NCBI GenBank assembly: GCA_965204115.1
Contig: OZ241963.1
Span: forward strand, 596,622 to 660,621
Direction of reading: 5' to 3'
DNA: 64,000 nt
Source: Minisyncoccota bacterium
GTDB taxonomy: Bacteria; Patescibacteriota; Minisyncoccia; Phycocordibacterales; JABAAK01
The notes beneath the pieces were generated by a model. The model made no database searches, was not told the origin of the DNA, and saw only the letters and a program-made list of their open reading frames with translations. Shown here one piece after another: positions 60,462 to 64,000 of the stretch. The position numbers and the translations under genes were made by a program. How positions within the stretch are numbered: position 1 is the first letter of the stretch; each line of letters begins with the position of its first letter.

Positions 60462-60484
60462 AGGGGTAGTGTCGTCAAATAAAA

Positions 60485-60515
60485 AAAACAGCGCGAGAAA
60501 ATCTTGCGCTGTTTT
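60485..60515. terminator. Bidirectional terminator
   Basis: AAAACAGCGCGAGA-AAA-TCTTGCGCTGTTTT between convergent genes. Confidence 0.8.
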
Positions 60516-60533
60516 CAGGTAAAGATAGATGAT

Positions 60534-60917
60534 TTATTGAAATATGTCTCTCCGTTGCTCCTGATACCGTCTCATCTCCCGTTCCCGCTGTTTTGAAAGC
60601 GGTTTCGGTTTATGAGCGGCGGTTTGCTTTTGAGTGTCGTAGTGCTCTTTGCACAGCACTCTAATGTTTCCCGGCCAATCGTCCGAAGTTCCGAGGAGAA
60701 AGAATGCCGGTGTGTTTCTTCTCCGCGGGTTGCGTAATACCTTCGCCCAATAGGCGATCGGGTTGCGCACCTTTCGGTTTCTTTTGTAGGTCTGCCCGGT
60801 TTTTCGGTCGTACCAATGGGGATGTACCATTCTCACTGTTTTCGCGGTGCATCCCGGGTGATCGCACGAAAAGGTTATTTTCTCTTCGCCCTTGGTGCCG
60901 TTGATGTTCACACCCAT
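60534..60917 (-). CDS. Basic orphan protein (127 aa), possible Cx4C...CxxH zinc finger, strong SD
   Basis: GAGGAGG 7 nt before ATG; CDHPGC and LCKEH. Confidence 0.6.
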   Translation of the reverse strand: MGVNINGTKGEEKITFSCDHPGCTAKTVRMVHPHWYDRKTGQTYKRNRKVRNPIAYWAKVLRNPRRRNTPAFFLLGTSDDWPGNIRVLCKEHYDTQKQTAAHKPKPLSKQREREMRRYQEQRRDIFQ

Positions 60918-61055
60918 TGTTTCTCCTCCTCTTTCAGTTTTAAGTTTCAAAAGCGTTATACCGTTGATCTGTCTATACTATATCACAAAACATAAAAAAG
61001 TAAAAATACACACCGTGTGCTGCGTGGCGTCAATAGGGTGGTACACTCTATCTAT

Positions 61056-61874
61056 ATGGAATATGTTCATTACTATCTGCTGTTTATAGGATGTTTCTCT
61101 GGTTTGGTGTTTCTGTTCGGTGCGTGTGTGGGAAGTTTTATGGATGTGACGCGTGTTCGCGCTTCGTGGAAGAAGGTGGTTCGCGGTCGTTCAAAATGTC
61201 GGAGTTGCAAAAAAGAGTTGTGCTGGCATGAGCTGCTGCCGATTGTGTCGTATGTCGTGCTGTGGGGTAGGTGTCGCGGTTGCAAAACATCCATCCCGTT
61301 CTATCACCTCGCGGCTGAGATATTGATGGGGCTGTTTTTCGTCGGCGCTTTCCTCCACGCGCTCGTCGGCGGCTCCCTCTATATCACCGCCACGGTTCTT
61401 CTTTCCGCCCTCTTCTTAGTGCCGATTGTGCTGCAGGATATTGAAACTATGGAAGTGCCGGAACATCTCTCGCTGGTGTTTGCCTATGTCGCGCTCTTTT
61501 TTGGTGTTCTCACCGGCGGTATCGGAGCGATACTCGGCGGTATTGTGCTCGCCCTGCCATTTTTCCTTCTCTGGCTGTTCTCCTCCGGCAAAGCAATGGG
61601 GCTCGGAGATGCGAAAGTTGCTGTTTCGCTCGGGTTCTTGCTGCCATCACTCATAAGTGTGGTCTCTGTGTTTGTGCTTTCATTTTGGGTCGGCCTGGTT
61701 GTGCTGCTCGGCTGCATGCTGTACCAGCTGCTGGCGAAAGGGAAGGTAACCGTACGAAAGGGTATGCGGATCCCGCTGATTCCGTGCATAGCGGCGGCCT
61801 ACTTCCTGGTACTTTTTGCCAACATTTCATTTGTTGATGTGGTGTATGCGGTGCAGTATATGTTTTTTGTATAA
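61056..61874 (+). CDS. pilD: Prepilin peptidase (A24)
   Basis: GSFMDV, RSKCRSC...ELLPIVSY...GRCRGC, QDIE, MGLGDAK. Confidence 0.92.
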   Translation: MEYVHYYLLFIGCFSGLVFLFGACVGSFMDVTRVRASWKKVVRGRSKCRSCKKELCWHELLPIVSYVVLWGRCRGCKTSIPFYHLAAEILMGLFFVGAFLHALVGGSLYITATVLLSALFLVPIVLQDIETMEVPEHLSLVFAYVALFFGVLTGGIGAILGGIVLALPFFLLWLFSSGKAMGLGDAKVAVSLGFLLPSLISVVSVFVLSFWVGLVVLLGCMLYQLLAKGKVTVRKGMRIPLIPCIAAAYFLVLFANISFVDVVYAVQYMFFV

Positions 61875-61904
61875 AGTGCCTGCCCGTGCTACACTATCAG
61901 TATT

Positions 61905-61979
61905 GCAGCGGTAGCTCAGCTTGGTTAGAGCGCTCGCCTGTCACGCGAGAGGTCGCGGGTTCAACTCCCGTCCGCTGCG
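61905..61979 (+). tRNA. tRNA-Asp (GTC), CCA not encoded
   Basis: Acceptor GCAGCGG/CCGCTGC, anticodon arm CTCGC-CTGTCAC-GCGAG, T loop TTCAACT. Confidence 0.97.
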
Positions 61980-62023
61980 CCTTGTAGCGCAAAATCAATG
62001 CGTACCCTGGTACAATGCTTCTT

Positions 62024-62653
62024 ATGACCTATCTATTTTTGGACGAGAGTGGTGATTTGGGATTTAAACATGGGTCAACACGATACTTTATGATTTCACT
62101 TGTGTTGACTGATGACCGTCGCGGCTTGGAAAAGATAGTAAAGCGAATATTCCGTGGTTTCTCAAAAACGGAAAAGAAGAGTCACGGCGGTGTGTTGCAC
62201 GCATATTCAGAAACACCTCAAACACGGAAAAAGATGCTCACCCTCTTTCACGCACATACACAATCTCATGTTTTCGTTATCTGTGTTGATAAGGAAAAAG
62301 TGTCTGCAGACCTTCACAATAAAAAGCACACCCTTTACAATTTTACGGTGGGCACACTACTGAAACGACTCTATGTCGGAGGCATACTTCTCACTGACAA
62401 AAAGGTATGCCTTATCGCTTCACGCAGGGAGACAAATAAATTGTTGAATGAAAATTTCATCACCTATCTCAAAAAACAGACAAAGAAACATAATGCGGAT
62501 ATGCAAATCACCATACGGAAGCAAGATGAAGAAAAAGCGCTGCAGGTTACGGATATAGTGTCATGGGCGGTGTTCCGAAAGTATGAATATCAGGATGACA
62601 CTTACTATTCACTGTTGCAGGATGATATCGTTGAAGAGAGCATGCTCTACTAA
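62024..62653 (+). CDS. DUF3800 domain protein
   Basis: N-terminal YLFLDESGDLG and C-terminal LQVTD (QxxD); ATG 7 nt after TGGTACAAT. Confidence 0.85.
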   Translation: MTYLFLDESGDLGFKHGSTRYFMISLVLTDDRRGLEKIVKRIFRGFSKTEKKSHGGVLHAYSETPQTRKKMLTLFHAHTQSHVFVICVDKEKVSADLHNKKHTLYNFTVGTLLKRLYVGGILLTDKKVCLIASRRETNKLLNENFITYLKKQTKKHNADMQITIRKQDEEKALQVTDIVSWAVFRKYEYQDDTYYSLLQDDIVEESMLY

Positions 62654-62656
62654 AAC

Positions 62657-62742
62657 GACAAAACCCCGGGCGTTTATGACCCGGGTAGAAATCCGGGGGG
62701 AGCGCCATACGGTACTCCCACGCGTCGGGGAAATTACTTGTC
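62657..62742. ncRNA. Three-way-junction structured RNA 3' of DUF3800 gene (DUF3800-motif-like); strand unresolved
   Basis: Abutting helices 62664-73/62720-30, 62680-97 and 62698-719; minus-strand promoter adjacent. Confidence 0.65.
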
Positions 62743-62750
62743 TTGTCCTT

Positions 62751-62778
62751 AGTATACCTTATCAGCCGGTATTGTCAA
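62751..62778 (-). promoter_or_regulatory. Consensus sigma70 promoter pointing into the RNA and the DUF3800 3' end
   Basis: Minus strand TTGACA (62773-78)-16 nt-TATACT (62751-56). Confidence 0.7.
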
Positions 62779-63292
62779 CCGCTGGTGGTTGAGAACTTGA
62801 GTATGGTGTTTGTCTAACAACAGAGCAAACTCGCTTCGCTCAGACAGTACTCTTGTTGTAGGATCCAAACACCGTGCAGTTTTTCAGTTGCACTTTACTC
62901 CTTGTGCTCACCGGTGAGGGTAACAAAGCACGATACCATTCGCGGCGATGAGCGGCTCACAAAACAAGTCAGCCATCAAGTTTCGCCTTACCCACAGCGA
63001 ACGGTCAGACACCGAAACACAGTGCGAGAAATTTAAGCACGGAGCAACCCGCTTTCCGAGCGCCTTTTAGCAAATTCGTAAAACTTTGTATTACTGGTGG
63101 AGACAGACCGCGCGAGGAAAGTAGGGTTGTGGAGTGCTGCCCCGCATAATTGTGTTTCGGTGGATACCTAAGCAAACTTTTACACAGGAGCATACATAGA
63201 GGTATGTTCAGTGCGGTAATATGAAAGTATACGATGCAGTGTGATGTGTCGGTGTTATTGTGGGGGGATTACAAGCAAGGCAAATGTTATAT

Positions 63293-64000
63293 ATGAGTAC
63301 ATTTTTCAAGATAGGTGGACGGATGACAGTGGCAGTGTCGTTTGTGGCACTGCTGTTGCTGTTTGTGTTTGCAGGGCAGGCGAGTGCGGATACTTTGTAT
63401 AGACAGCATGGTACTGGTAGTGTGGTTACTGTCTCCACCAATGCTGCAAGTGCTGGAGCAACGGCGACCATAACTGCAACGGTGACAGGTAATGGTAATT
63501 CAATAACTGCACTCTCCGCTGCTATTAAGTCTTCTTGTAATTCTGGTAATGCTCCTGCAAGTGGTGATACAAATTACGCTACTGATACCACTTCATCAGG
63601 TGGTTTTTCCGTTTCGGTTGCTATCCCGTCTTCTGGCGTCATCCCTGTTTGTTACTCCGTTTCCTACTCTATCGGAGGGTCAACAGGTACAGCGGTTAGT
63701 GCGTTTAACCTTATAGCCACCTCTGTTTTTTCGAAACCAACCAGTGTTACCGCAGCGACAGGTGATACGCAGGTTGTTCTTGGTTGGGTGGCAGGGAGCA
63801 ATAGTAATTTTGTTGGGGGGTATCAGTACCGTTCAAAAGCAAGTTCCTCTCAAACTTGGGGTGCTTGGACAGATATTTCTGGCAGTAGCACTTCTACCAG
63901 ATCGCATACTGTTACCGGGCTTACCAACAACACCGCATACGATTTCCAGGTGCGAGGTAAGATAAGCAATATCGGCTCATCTTTTGCAAACGGTTTTCTT
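63293..64000 (+). CDS. Secreted fibronectin type III domain protein (3' truncated by window edge; not in ORF track)
   Basis: Manual translation: signal peptide ending ASA, then GDTQVVLGW...GYQYR...WTDISGS...SHTVTGLTNNTAYDFQVRG. Confidence 0.85.
   Translation, partial: MSTFFKIGGRMTVAVSFVALLLLFVFAGQASADTLYRQHGTGSVVTVSTNAASAGATATITATVTGNGNSITALSAAIKSSCNSGNAPASGDTNYATDTTSSGGFSVSVAIPSSGVIPVCYSVSYSIGGSTGTAVSAFNLIATSVFSKPTSVTAATGDTQVVLGWVAGSNSNFVGGYQYRSKASSSQTWGAWTDISGSSTSTRSHTVTGLTNNTAYDFQVRGKISNIGSSFANGFL

Noticed and set aside
61905-64000. Prophage or integrative element at tRNA-Asp
   Set aside because: No integrase or duplicated tRNA 3' end within the window; cannot be excluded beyond the edge

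Overview
Chromosomal window from a reduced-genome bacterium, most likely Patescibacteria/CPR (Parcubacteria-like). This placement is inferred from the unlinked, divergent 16S rRNA, truncated AlaRS and HolB, CPR-type pilin and broken operons; the genetic code is 11. The core content is six aminoacyl-tRNA synthetases (tyrS 3' end, alaS, proS, argS, leuS, serS), rplJ-rplL with an L10 leader, rpoB-rpoC-dnaG, gap-rpiB-rpe, grpE, rnhA, a class B PBP, pilD and tRNA-Asp. There are four large surface proteins, one of 3974 aa. Main observations: (1) The 16S tail lacks the anti-Shine-Dalgarno, and about 20 genes have a -10 box only 6-9 nt before the ATG, suggesting leaderless mRNAs. Yet four orphan genes and one lipoprotein gene carry textbook SD sites. 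(2) A DUF3800 gene next to tRNA-Asp is followed immediately by a compact three-way-junction RNA with its own convergent consensus promoter, a candidate protein-ncRNA system. (3) An unannotated ~105-nt RNA with a 6S-like fold lies between argS and leuS. (4) The 16S decoding site is rewired by compensatory changes (C1406-G1495). (5) A Panacea antitoxin has a duplicated promoter, and its putative toxin is broken by one nonsense codon. (6) A 3x55-bp double-hairpin tandem repeat lies upstream of the giant adhesin. No CRISPR array or transposase was seen. All family assignments are from motif recognition by eye, not database searches.
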